DNA of 63,926 nucleotides, the filler included, from Octopus bimaculoides (Eukaryota): the NCBI RefSeq assembly GCF_001194135.2. It is 6 parts of 6 records of this genome, joined end to end, with 100 filler letters (N's around TTAATTAATTAA, not from the genome) between each part and the next. Parts side by side here need not be neighbours in the genome. Positions count along the whole stretch, not along the records: positions 20,098 to 47,375 come from NC_068987.1; 5 more parts are not named here. One strand, given 5' to 3'. The translations under genes were made by a program, and so were the position numbers. Below the pieces are notes generated by a model. It did not search any database, had not been told where the DNA came from, and worked only from the letters and a program-made list of their open reading frames with translations. Shown here piece after piece: positions 25,012-37,499 of the stretch (positions are counted from its first letter, which is position 1; each line of letters starts with the position of its first letter).

Positions 25012-27546
25012 TAGGAAGACAAAAAGACCACAGCAACCAACAAAGAAGCAGAAAAATGCCTTCGCCCTGTTTGGCCACACAAGGTATACATGAACTGGTG
25101 GCACAAATAGAGCACCGTCCAAGTCCGATTCCAGGATGAAAATCTGACCAAATGTTTCTCAACACTGACCCATAGCATGGATGGGTTAGTAATGATACCA
25201 ATGTATCTACGCCAGAGAGTGACATAAGTCAAAATAGAAAATGTGTCTCTGGAAATTGATACACAATGGCTATTAACTGCCATCTGCTTCGAGATGGAGG
25301 AAACAAGAAATAGCTGTTTTAGAACAACAAAATTGGCCCGGAAAGACACTTGAGATCATTCTGCAGATTGATCAGCCATCAATTAAAAAAATACCCACCT
25401 CCATAGAATTGACAGAAGGCCACAAACTGTATGTAGTGGTGGAGGGTAGGCAGACACACTGTTATCTGTGCAACAGCGAAACACATTTGAAAAACGATTG
25501 TCTGACTGCCACAAAAAAACCCCAAGAACAATAACAACAACAACCACCACAACCAAAAACATCCTGGAAGAAACCACTACTATTCACACCACCATCAACA
25601 GAAGACAACACCAACAACTGAGAATACAACAGTAGCCGGAAAAACACCACCAACAACAACAGAAAGAACTAAAGAAACAATAAAAAAACAAAGACTGATT
25701 CCCCCCTCCCCAATATCACATACACCTCACACAAACAACAACCAACAGCAACAAAAACAACACAACCACTTACACACACATAGAAGCTTACAACTTGCCC
25801 CTACCCACTTCCGATTCCTCAGAAATTTCATCGGAAGATAAAAGCAATGAGGAATGGCAAATAGCCAGAAAAGGAAAGAGGAAGAAAAGAACCAAACCAA
25901 ATGCAAGCAAAGCAGGAAGATACACAACTCCTGAAAACTTTTTGAATACCAACACTAGCATACGCAACACCAACACCAACAACAACACCTCAAAAACAAA
26001 CACACACACAATGCTCACTGTCATCAACACGAAAAATACAGAGTTGATGGAGTACATCAAAACAAACACAAACTTGACACACAAAGACATAAAAACAAGC
26101 AACCACCCATACACAACACCACGAGAACACATTAAAATATTGCACATCACACCAACCCTGCATCACACACTAATATCCATTTACTCTGATGCAGTTGGAA
26201 GATACCAGAAGTACTCTTCCAAAAAACTTAATAGTGATCTCTTCGTGGAAAAACCGAAGGAGGAGACAAAAACTTTCGAATGGTAAGTGACTCTCTGTGT
26301 TCCTATCATTAGTGTTTACACACACACATCATTAGGATTATGATCAAGATTGGTTATGTGAATGCGCGTGGCTTGGGGTCCCCTTGGAAACAAGGGTACC
26401 TCTTAAACGACATAAAATCACACGAGTTAGGAATTATAGCCATAAGTGAGATCAGACTCCATAATCCACCTCGTCTCCATGACCGAACTGCAGTTGTAGA
26501 TCAAAAAGAGGTCGAGGAAGGGCAAATGGCACCACGAGTGTCATGTTGCTCTCGAGCAATTATCCCGTCCCAGGTCAACCTTGAGCAACAGCAACACAAC
26601 CAAAGCATTCTATAGGGGATTAGTGGAGGGGCGGTACGATGACAATCTCGGGGCGAACCTGGGCGTCGACGAGGAGTACCTCGCCTGTTCAAGACGACTT
26701 TCTGGCTGGGGCCTATGGAAAACATCCAGAGATCCCTGGCCTGGCAGTGCTATTGAGAAGCGCTACTCGTTCAGGATAAGCTCTACAGGAATGGCTCAAG
26801 AAACATGGGGCCGACCTGCCCAAGATGCAATCGGAGCGAAGAAACCATTCTGCACGCACTCATACAGTGTCCAACCATTTCCGACCTGTGGGCCTATGTC
26901 AAACAACTGCTATTTCATGTGGGATGAGTCAGTTTATCAGCCGAGTCTATCGTGAATATTGTCACGCCTCCTTCCTTGAAACAGGAAGGAAGAGCCATTT
27001 TCATCGTACTTGTGGCTATGGCGAAAGAATGTGTATGGTGTACGTGTCTGAAAGGTCTAGAGACAAACACTCTCTGGTGAATCTCTGATTAACTTTTTTA
27101 AGTATCACTTAAAGAGGAAGGTGAGAGTAGAGAGGGAAGTTTTGTCTAGTGAATGTTTCAAATAAAGATGGGGAATGTAGCAAGGATGGCACGTGTGAAT
27201 GACGGAGCCACTTTGAGCATAATCCTATGAACCAGAAAAAGAAAGGACAAAAGAGAGTCACTTACTGTAATGTCTTTTTTGCATGACATATTACCGTGGT
27301 CTTTTTCGTAGGCTTTTCTTTCCATGGATAAATCAATCTGTTTCCCCTTTTACATTATAACATTACTGTGATACACGATCCCTATTGATTGGGTTCCTTT
27401 TTTTTTTCTTTCCACGATCCCTTTTCATCGAAATTCTACCCCCACATTTTTTTCTTTCTTTCCACCCCAAAAAAGCTCCACTATGTATGTTGTCCCCTCT
27501 GTGTTCAGCCCCGTGTGGCTGATAAAGAAACATATCTATCTATCTA
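25012..27546 (+). mobile_element. Tx1/L1-type LINE copy 1: ORF1 remnant, ORF2 start, large internal deletion, C-terminal Zn finger, 3' UTR
   Basis: CCHC knuckle CYLCNSETHLKNDC at about 25460. APE start MIKIGYVNARGL...AISE at 26340. Jumps near 26468 to the C-terminus with CPRC...ETILHALIQC. Ends with gataaagaaa plus (tatc)n. Confidence 0.8.
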
Positions 27547-30500
27547 TGGCCTGCCACGACTCTCAGCAAGAGAGGTGGAATGTTGTGAAAGACCCATCAC
27601 AGCTGTGGACATACGTGATGCGATGACAGGCTGCATGGGAGACAAGTCACCAGGCTTGGATGATCTGCCCTACGAACTTTATTGTCATATGCCAGACTTC
27701 TTGGGGGCGTCTTGGCAGCTGTTTACTGCAACTGGCAGCAAAACGGAGTATCCCCATCTTTGTAAAGCGAGGAGCAGTGGCACTGCTAAAGAAAGATCCA
27801 AACAAGGGGAACGTCATAGATAACTTCAGGCGCATCAATCTGCTCAACACAGATTTGAAAATTTTGGCGAAGGTGGTAGCTGAGAGGTTGGCGCTTGTCA
27901 TCGAGAAACTAGTCGACAAGGTGCAAACGTGCGCCGTGCCAGGTAGGAGCATCCATGACAACCTCCATCTGATGTGCTATATCATAGACAGGGTAGTTAA
28001 CCTTTTCGTTACTAACCTGGCCGTAGCCAGCCGAGAGTACCCATTGTTATTTAAATGTNNNNNNNNNNNNNNNNNNNNNNNNNNNNNNNNNNNNNNNNNN
28101 NNNNNNNNNNNNNNNNNNNNNNNNNNNNNNNNNNNNNNNNNNNNNNNNNNNNNNNNNNNNNNNNNNNNNNNNNNNNNNNNNNNNNNNNNNNNNNNNNNNN
28201 NNNNNNNNNNNNNNNNNNNNNNNNNNNNNNNNNNNNNNNNNNNNNNNNNNNNNNNNNNNNNNNNNNNNNNNNNNNNNNNNNNNNNNNNNNNNNNNNNNNN
28301 NNNNNNNAAGAATGAATGAGCTACAAAAGCATGTGGTGAACGATAATGAATCAGATATTTCTGTATCCGAAACTGAAAGCAGCGATTCTGAAAGCGGCGA
28401 CAGCGGCAGCGAGGATGATTTTACACCAGATTGGAGTAAAGATTTAAAAAATATGTTTATTAACAATTTTTCTGAGGAGACAGGGTCTACCCATAGTCTT
28501 TCTCAGGAAGCGAAACCTTTAGACTTCTTTTTCTTATTTTTCCAGCATGCTTGTTTGAAATGATTACTGCGGAAACAAACTGTTACGCAGAATGTAAACA
28601 AGCCGGAAAAAAAGATAGCTTGTGGTTTCTTGCAACCGTAGATGATATACGGGCATTTTTTGCCATAAATATTATTATGGGTTTCCCAGAATAACAAATT
28701 ACTAGAGCAATCAGGAACCGTTTGGCGATGAATATGTTTCCAGTATTATGACGTGAGTACGATTTGTGAAGCTGAACCAATATTTACATGTGAGAGACAC
28801 TAGCAGTACGTCAGTATATGGAGAACTTTGAGACAAAAATTATGCAATAGAATTGATTAAGAACCCTTTCTTCAATTATGTTCCAAATATCACGTTAATA
28901 TGTTGATAAATAAAAAAAGTTACAAGTGTTTAATGAGACTAGTTTAAATTCATAATTATTTTAGAATTTAATTGAAATTCATGAAGGGTGTATTTTGGTC
29001 AGAAATATAGTAACGAAAGGGTTAAGGAACCTGGCATGGGTGCAGCATTGATCAATTTGGATCAATCAAAAACTTTCGATAGGATAGACCATCACTACTT
29101 GGAGGCTGTCCTTAGAGCGGCTGGTTTTGGCCCCATCTTCCGCGGTTGGATCGCTGCCTTATACAGTGGCATCCGCTCGGTAGTTCGTGTAAATGGTCAT
29201 CTATGCAGACCATTTAACATCATGCGTTTGGTTCATCATGGATGCCCCCTCCTGTCGCTTCTGTATGTATTGACTCTTGAGCCACTACTATGGAAGCTGG
29301 CAATGCTGAGGGGCATCCCACGAGAGCTGGGATGTAGGAGGAGTGTGTCTGCATATGTGGACGACATCACCGTCATAGTGTCGAGCCACAAGAACATCGA
29401 CCTAGTTGGCGAGACACTAAAAGAATACGAAGCGGTAACAGGAGCAAAAATTAACCAGGAAAAGCTAGTGAGCTTGCAGCTCGGCACCTAGAAAAGCAAG
29501 CCCATGCTGTCCAACAGTGTCTCCATCATGGGATGCTGGACAGACAGACTGGTTAAATTGCTCGGAGTCTGGTTCGGCCCAGACCTCCAAATGGAGAAGA
29601 ACTGGGGCAAAATAACGACTAGGGTGGCCACTCTCACCCAGCGATGGGCTGAGAGGAAGCTATCCCTAAAAGGTCAGGCGGAGGTGGCGAACATGTACAT
29701 CACATCCATCATCGATTACTGTCACACCATTGTGCCTTGTCCCGACCCTACCATCACCAAACTGGAACGTATACTCTTCCACTTCTTGTAGAAGGGAAGT
29801 GTTCCGATGGTTAGGCGAGCCATTTACTGTGTCAACACCCGCTAAATGGAGGGCTAGGTATGCCGCAGTTGATGATGCGCAGACATGCGCTGAGACTGCA
29901 ACATCTCCAGCACTTCATAGACAACAGTGAACAGGTGTGGTCGCCATTTGTGCGGCACGCTTTCTCGCAGCTCGTCGCTTTGGCCAAACTGCTGTCATAG
30001 ATCAAACAGAGAACAAGGCCATGCGAATGGCACCCTGAGTGTTGTATTGCTCTCAAGCAACTCTGCCGTCCGGGACCAAATTTGTGCGACTTCATTATAA
30101 CAAAGGCAGTCTATAGAGAATTAGTGGAGTGGAGGTGCGGTGACGTTCTCAGGCAAAATCTGGGCGTCGACAAGGAACACCTGACCCACCTATTCAGGAC
30201 AGCTTTTGGGCTGGGACCTATAGACAATTGCCAAAGATCCCTGGCATGGCAATGCTATCGAGAAACATTACCTATTCTCAATAAGCTCTACAGGCACACT
30301 GGACTGACTTGCCCGAGATGCGGTCAGAGCGACGACACTGTTCTGTATGCACTCGTGCAGTGTCCAACCATTTCAGACCTGTGGGCTTATGCTGAATGGT
30401 TGCTGTCATGTGCAGGATGAGTCTGCCTATCAGCTGAGACTATCATGAAAATTGCTCCGCCACCTTCCCTCAACTGGGAAGGCAAGGCAGTCTTCACCGT

Positions 30501-31036
30501 ACTGGTAGCCATGGTGAAAGAATGTGTGTTGTGGACTTGAGCAAAAGGGCTAGAGACAAACACTTACCTCTCTGGCCAATCGCTCATCAACTTTTTCAAG
30601 TACCACTTGAAAAGGAAGGTGAGAATGGAGAGGCAGGTTTTGTCTCGTGAAAGTTTCAAAAAAAGGTGGGTGAATATAGCAAAGATGGTCTGTGCAAGTA
30701 ACAAAACCACTTTGAGCATGATCCTGTAAATTGAAAAAAGAGAGAGAGCACTTTGCTCTCATGTGTTTATTCCCTCCCTGCCTGAGGTTACTGTGGTCTT
30801 TTCCATAGGCTTTTCTTTCCTTTCCACGGATAAACCTAATCTTGCTTTTTACATTTTTAGAATTCTTCTGTTATACAAGATCCCGTTTGATCACTTTTTT
30901 CTTTTTCCCCCAATCCGTTTTGATTGGAATTTTACTTATTTTTCCCTGTTTCTTTTCCATTTTTGAAAAGAAAAGCTATACATTTGTATTTGTCCCCTCT
31001 GTGTGGCCAATAAAGAAAGTTATCTTTCTATCTAGC
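27547..31036 (+). mobile_element. Tx1/L1-type LINE copy 2, 5'-truncated, split by piggyBac
   Basis: KSPGLD, NFRRINLLNTDLKILAKV, LDQSKTFDRIDH, GCPLLSLLYVL, SAYVDD, CPRCGQSDDTVLYALVQC. Reads RVV|KEPGM across the TTAA insertion site. Confidence 0.9.
28001..29021 (+). mobile_element. piggyBac deletion derivative 1 with TTAA target-site duplication
   Basis: TTAA at 27997-28000 and 29022-29025. Ends are CCTTTTCGTTACTA / TAGTAACGAAAGGG. Carries the acidic N-terminus and LNQYLHV transposase remnants. Confidence 0.9.
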
Positions 31037-31039
31037 TAT

Positions 31040-32350
31040 CCCCACTTTTGGGAACTTTTTGCATTATTTCGACTTTTTGTATATCCCAAATGATTTCGAT
31101 CCCTTTTGATCATTGGCCCTATTTTTTTTTTGTTTTTCATGTTTGAGAGGAACACAATCAAACTCACAGCCGAGAAGCACCAAAAATAGAGAAGTACTTC
31201 TCACAGAAATATCTAATGAGTCAAATTTACTTATTTCAAGACTGGATACAATCTTCACCAATGCAGATAAAACTGTGAATGATACCCATACAGAAGGTGC
31301 TCTAACAACAGAGATGAACAACAATGTCATGAAAATCTGCAAAAACTCACTTGAAACTACATCTCTGGACATCTCTGGAAGTACAACAACAAAACAAATT
31401 GAAACCACACCTCTGGAAGAAACTCCTGCAAAAACTATGGAAAGAAGACACAAAGCGAGAAGAAGAAAAATCCATAAAAATGTGGGAAAAACAACAAGAG
31501 TGGCTCACTATGAAAAACCTATGGAGACAAATCCATTATGAAAACAAAACCACAACAAAAAAATACAAGGAAATCGAAAACAAACATAGACACTAACCCC
31601 AGAGGAACCGGACTGAAGTATCGAAACCTCTAATTACCCAAGAAGATATGCAGAAACGACCTCCATCTCACCCCAAGTACAGACTAGAAACCCATACTCT
31701 ACAATACATAACACTGCAAATAACCAACACATGAAATATAGAAGACAACCATCATAGATTGATAAATACAAAGGAAAAAAAAACACGAAAGACAAATAAC
31801 ATACAGACAACCACCAATCCGTAACAACATGTACCCTAGATGGATGAATACATGGGAAGAAAGACAAATAAAATAGAAACAGCACAGGTACTATAATAGG
31901 AATAATAATCATAATGAAAACTCAAGCAACCCACGATTTACAACCAAAAATCCCATATATCTGAAATGGTGAAAAAAGCATGGAAGATGTGAAGAAAACA
32001 GAACTTATAACCAACGGAATGTGTATAAAAGACATGAACCATCCTCCCGCCTACATGGAAACCAGAATGCCGAGATCAGAAAATGGAAACATAGTAACAC
32101 AATTCCTTTTTTAGGGAGAAAATATCAAAATCACACACTGGACCCGATAATACACAAAATTTAAATGAACACATCATAATTTTGTTGGGCGCAGGAGTGG
32201 CTGTGAGGTAAGTAGCTTGCTTACCAACTACATGGTTCTGGGTTCAATCCCACTGCATGGCATCTTGGGCATGTGTCTTCTACTATAGCCTCGGGCCGAC
32301 CAAAGCCTTGTGAGTGGATTTGGTAGACGGAAACTGAAAGGAGCCCGTTG

Positions 32351-32398
<48 letters not shown>

Positions 32399-34838
32399 TG
32401 TGTGTCTGTGTTTGTCCCACTAGCATTGCTTGACAACAAATGCTAGTGTGTTTACGTCCCCGTCACTTAGAAGTTCGGCAAAAGAGACCGATAGAATAAG
32501 TACTAGGCTTACAAAGAATAAGTCCCAGGGGCGATTTGCTCGACTAAAGGTGGTGCTCCAGCATGGCCGCAGTCAAATGACTGAAACAAGTAAAAGAGTA
32601 AAAATAGGAACCTCAACAAGAATGAGATGAACCTCCTATTAAAAGGTTTTCAGTTTACCCCAATACCCACCCCTAATCTCATTGAACTGAAATCTGATAT
32701 TGAACACTTCACCGCCACCTCCAACTTACAGAATTCTTCAGCAATAAGGATTTAAATGATGAATCAATAGTCAGAAATAAATCCCGCTTCACCCTCTATG
32801 AAGGAAAGGACAAATATTTAGATGCTTATATAGACACAGTTTCAAAATTTCCCCTAAATACCCACAGATGCAAACAAAACCTTTGTGAAGTAGGAAAGGA
32901 AGCCTTACAAACACTGAAGAATGACAACTCAATCATCCTAAAAGAAGTCGATAAGGGAGGGTCAAGGATTATTATAAAGATAAAATATTGGAAATGTTAA
33001 CAAACCAAACCTATTACAAAGAAGAACCAAGACACTCAGAAACAACAGTAATGAATAAAATCAGAACACTAATCAATGAATTCCAAGATTCCTTCACAGA
33101 CAATGAGAAAGATTATATATGCAACTCTGTCATCAAAGAGAGCAATTTCTATGGATTACCCAAAATCCACAAAAGCTTCAAAATACAAAGTGCCATAAAT
33201 AAGCAGAAGAACCAGTACGTAAAAATACTAAGGCCTGCTGACCTCAAACTAAGACTAATAGTTGCTGGACCTCAAGCACCAACACAACAACTAAGGCATT
33301 TTTTAGATATACTCCTAAAACCTTTGTGCTCTTTAATACCCAGTTATGTATGGGATGCAATAGATTACACCCAACACATCCCTCCCACTGTCGGAGAAGG
33401 TACTATACTCACAAGTTTTGATGTCACCAATCTCTATACTAATATACCTTATACTTTAGGCCTAGAAGCAATCAAACACTAGGTAGAGAAATATAGAGAA
33501 CGGATAAATGAATGCTACATAACTGACTTCATCACCAGGGCCACACACCTAGTACGAGAACAAAATACCTTTAGATTTGACAATAAAACATACCGACAGA
33601 TAAAGGGCACGGCTATGGGTACACAGTTTGCGGCCTCATACGCAAACTTAGTTATGGGATACTTGAAAGAAAAACATTATGAATATGTAGAAAAAACTTT
33701 TGATCAGGAGTACAAGAAATATATCCAACAGAATTTAGTTGCAATAAACTACCATTCCAGGATATCCACATAAAAATGCAAAACTCCACAGTCACAGACA
33801 TATTTCATACAAAAAATCTAACACACCACTTTTCAAATTTCTACTCTTGCCAGCCATCACACATCTAAAGAAACATCCCATACAGCATGGCAAGACGCAT
33901 CTGTGCTATAGTGACTGACCCCAAAATACGTGAAATCCAACTCAACGAACTCAAAGACTTCCTCACAATGCAGAAATACTCCTTAGGATTAATTAATGAG
34001 GGAATTAAAAAGGCTATGAAACTGAACATTATCCAACTATGGACACCTAAGGAAAAAGTTAATGGAAACACGATTCAGATTGTTAACACACACAGTCCTG
34101 GAATAACCAACATCTTTCATGCCATGAAATCAAACTTACCTATGCTCCTACAAAGCTCCAAAATGAAAAATCTGATTGAAAAAAACACCTTATGGAAGAG
34201 CAGATGCCAACCAAAACATCTTAAAAAGCACCTCACAAGGGCAGAATTCAAATCAAAGAATGAATCAGAATTCTTAGTAAAAGAATGTGGAGATAGGAGA
34301 TGTGGAACATGCAACAACATCAACAACTTCAAATACATGGAAAGTGGTTCCCACAAAATTCAAGAGCGGATCCCTTTTCAAAATAAATGCAGATATAAAC
34401 TGCAAAATGCAAAACCTCATATACTGCATTACCTGCCCAAATTGCAAAGAAAACTACATTGGTGAAACAAATAATTCCCTCTGCAAATGTGCAAGAATCC
34501 ACAGGCAACATATCTGACAAGAGGAATTACACAAGATTCCATTAAGTAAGCATCTGGAAATATGCAGCAACAGAAAATTCCAAATTTTTCCCTTTTACAA
34601 ATGTGCACGGGGCGATCTGCAATACTGAAAAGCAATGGAACTATGTTTCATCAAAAAATCCTCTCCAAAATTGAATGTTTGAAAGAAAAGCAGAGATGGT
34701 ACATTTTGTAAGTGTTATACTAATGTTCTCTAATGCAAATACATGAAACTGAAAGAGGAGTGATCAAAGTGACACAGTATATTTATATACACACACACAC
34801 ACTTCATCAAGGGATTCTCCCCAAAATTGAATGTTTGA
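31040..34838 (+). mobile_element. Near full-length degenerate Penelope-like element (RT + GIY-YIG), interrupted by SINE A
   Basis: LLKGFQFTP, FYGLPKIHK, SFDVTNLYTNIP, KGTAMGT, MARRICAIV, and the PLE nuclease with Cys pairs CGDRRCGTC / NLIYCITCPNCKENYIGET. The 3' ~40 nt are duplicated at 34643 and 34801. Confidence 0.9.
32188..32604 (+). mobile_element. SINE A, full length, inserted in the PLE
   Basis: ggcgcaggagtggctgtg..gtaag head, central (TA)(TG)n, tail gactgaaacaagtaaaagag. Confidence 0.9.
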
Positions 34839-34939
34839 NNNNNNNNNNNNNNNNNNNNNNNNNNNNNNNNNNNNNNNNNNNNNNNNNNNNNNNNNNNNNN
34901 NNNNNNNNNNNNNNNNNNNNNNNNNNNNNNNNNNNNNNT

Positions 34940-35070
34940 AGAGAAAAACAAAAGACGAAGACAGGTGTATTAGTTTGATGTTCAGGAAAGTGAGAAAGTC
35001 TTTTATGTTCCGAGCCTACACTCTTCAACAAAAGGAATAAGAGAAAATTAACAGAGAGAGAATTAAAAAG
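34940..35070 (-). mobile_element. pLTR-like repeat with hammerhead-like core
   Basis: Minus strand reads TTGAAGAG tgtagg CTC GGAAC ATA aaagact, homologous to 16915-17160. Confidence 0.55.
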
Positions 35071-35071
35071 C

Positions 35072-36575
35072 AGGTAGAGTAGACAATCATCATGATTTAG
35101 ACCTACATTGATGTTTGGGAATTAGTCAGCCATCTCATAAACGATATATATATTGACCAAATCAGCGATTTGTGCTGAATCAGAACTTCCCATTGTGGCA
35201 TCAAAATAAATATAGTTAAAAAATTAAAGCTTAATTTATGGTCTAATTCGTTCCAAGTGGTCGACTGGTTTAATAACAGAAGTGCACTAAGTATATCCAG
35301 TTTGACATTTCTAGTTTCTATCCCTCTATCAACCCAATCGTACTTAACAAGGCACTCTGACTTGCTCACAACAAAGCAGGTCTCACCTGGGATGAAATTA
35401 ATGTCGTGTTAGCCACCAGAAAATCTATTATTAAATTTGATAACGATTTTGTTTGTGATCTTTTAAAATAAAACAAGCTATGGGTCCAGAAAGATACACC
35501 TGACAGTTTTGATGTCATGATGGGAAGTTTTGATTCAGTACAAATTGCTGGTTTGGTCAGTATATATATCATTTATGAGATGGCTGACCAATTTCCAAAC
35601 ATCAATGGAGGTCTATATCATGATGATAGTCTACTCTACCTTTAAAATGCTTCTAACCAAAAATTACAAATGGTTAAAAATAGCTTGGTTAAGTTTTTCC
35701 GAAACATGGGCTTAAGCATTGTTTTTGATGATGATATAACTAAAGCCAACTCTTTGGATATTACCTTTAACTTGCATAATGATTCATATTTCCCATACCA
35801 TAAACCCTCAACTAATTTAAAATATATTAGCTCTTTCAGTAATCACTCTAAGGCTATTACAAAGAATTTAGTTAGGAATATTTCACTTAGACTTTCTATA
35901 TTATCTGCTAATGTTAATATCTTCAACGATAAAGCAAAATTTTATAACTTTGCCTTACTTAAAGCAGGCTACAAAAAAAAAAAAAAACCTATATTAACCC
36001 TATTGACATTAATTGTACCTTTGTTAATCAGGACATGAAATCAAGTCAGAACGATATTAATTTTATTTCAAATAACAACACCAAATCAAGCAATGTAATT
36101 CTGCAGTGTAAGGGAGATAACCATTATTTAAGACCCTTTTTCATTATAAAGGCACATCGAGGACTTTTAAAGCTAATTACCTTAATAACAAGGTATGTCC
36201 TAGCAAAACTGTTTGGTTAATAATTCCATATGGTAAGCAGATCAAATCAACTTTTTTTACCAGTTTCGTAAAGCTATAGAAAAGGATTTCCAAAGGAATT
36301 CAAGATACTGTTCGATTATTAATTCACACTGAATCAGGATAGGTTTTCCTAACGCAAAAAATCTTTTACAAATCATCTCTTTGCATAATAATAAGTTGTT
36401 AAATACAAATCCACTTAATGAAAATACTAACATTAATTTTGTTAACATTAACCATTCTTTAAATAATAATAACAGCGGGGTTATTGTTTCTGAAGTTGAT
36501 TCCAATCACATTCGTTTTCTTAGCAGTAATTCTAAGACCAGAAACTCTATGTATCAATGTAAAGTAAAAAGAGGA
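35072..36575 (+). mobile_element. Second PLE family, degenerate RT to start of GIY-YIG, with an inverted 5' piece
   Basis: IQFDISSFYPSI, FDVMMGSFDS, GLYHDD, LDITFNL..SYFPYHKP, SNHSK, VWLIIPY, YQCKV. Confidence 0.8.
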
Positions 36576-36721
36576 GGGAAAGTGAGCAAGAAGAGAAGGC
36601 AGAGAAATGTGAGAGAAAGAACAAGGAGTGGAATGAACGAAGTAAGCGTGAAAGGGCTGATAGAAAGAAGGAAAGAATAAAATATACACACACACACACA
36701 CATATATATATATACACACAT

Positions 36722-37015
36722 GTGAAGGTGCATGGCTTAGTTGGCTAGGGTGTTGCACTTACAATTACAAGATCGTGGGTTCAATTTCCAGACTGGGCAT
36801 TGCATCGGGTTCTTGAGCACTTCATTTCACGTTGCTCTGCAATCATTTCAACATCAGATATGTGGCACCTGTTGCCCCTGTAGAGGTAATATCGATCTGA
36901 TGGAGGGAGTGAGCTTATGTCTACACAAACATATATTCACTATAAACAAATCATGTGTAGTTGCTTCATAAGAAATTGCCGAACCCTCATACGCCGTCTA
37001 ACAACGGGAGAGTCC
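36722..37015 (+). mobile_element. SINE C-related copy
   Basis: gtgaaggtgcatggcttag head, gggttcaatt, ttgagcacttcatttcacgttgctc. Confidence 0.65.
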
Positions 37016-37071
37016 ATCATATATACACACACACACATATATGCATATACACATATATATATATACATACA

Positions 37072-37134
<63 letters not shown>

Positions 37135-37305
37135 GCATATATATACACACACATATACATACATATATATATACACACATATATGTGCACACACACACAC
37201 ACATATATACATATACACACACACACACACACACACATATACATATATATACATATGTATATATACACACGTATATACATATATATATGTATATACATAC
37301 ATATT
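37000..37305. repeat. (TA)n/(CA)n compound microsatellite
   Basis: Direct inspection. Confidence 0.95.
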
Positions 37306-37499
37306 TGAATAAAAGAAGGGTAAAAATACTGCTTGAAAAGATGAAAGCGAAAGTTTCAAAGACCACCAATCCTACGATAAATACACACACAAGCAATGCA
37401 ATAAACACTTTTAAAAATAGGCCTGCCTTCAGGATGGAATTTGATGATAGTTTACATACCCCAATATCATAATGCTTTCATATAGTTACATAGATACAT

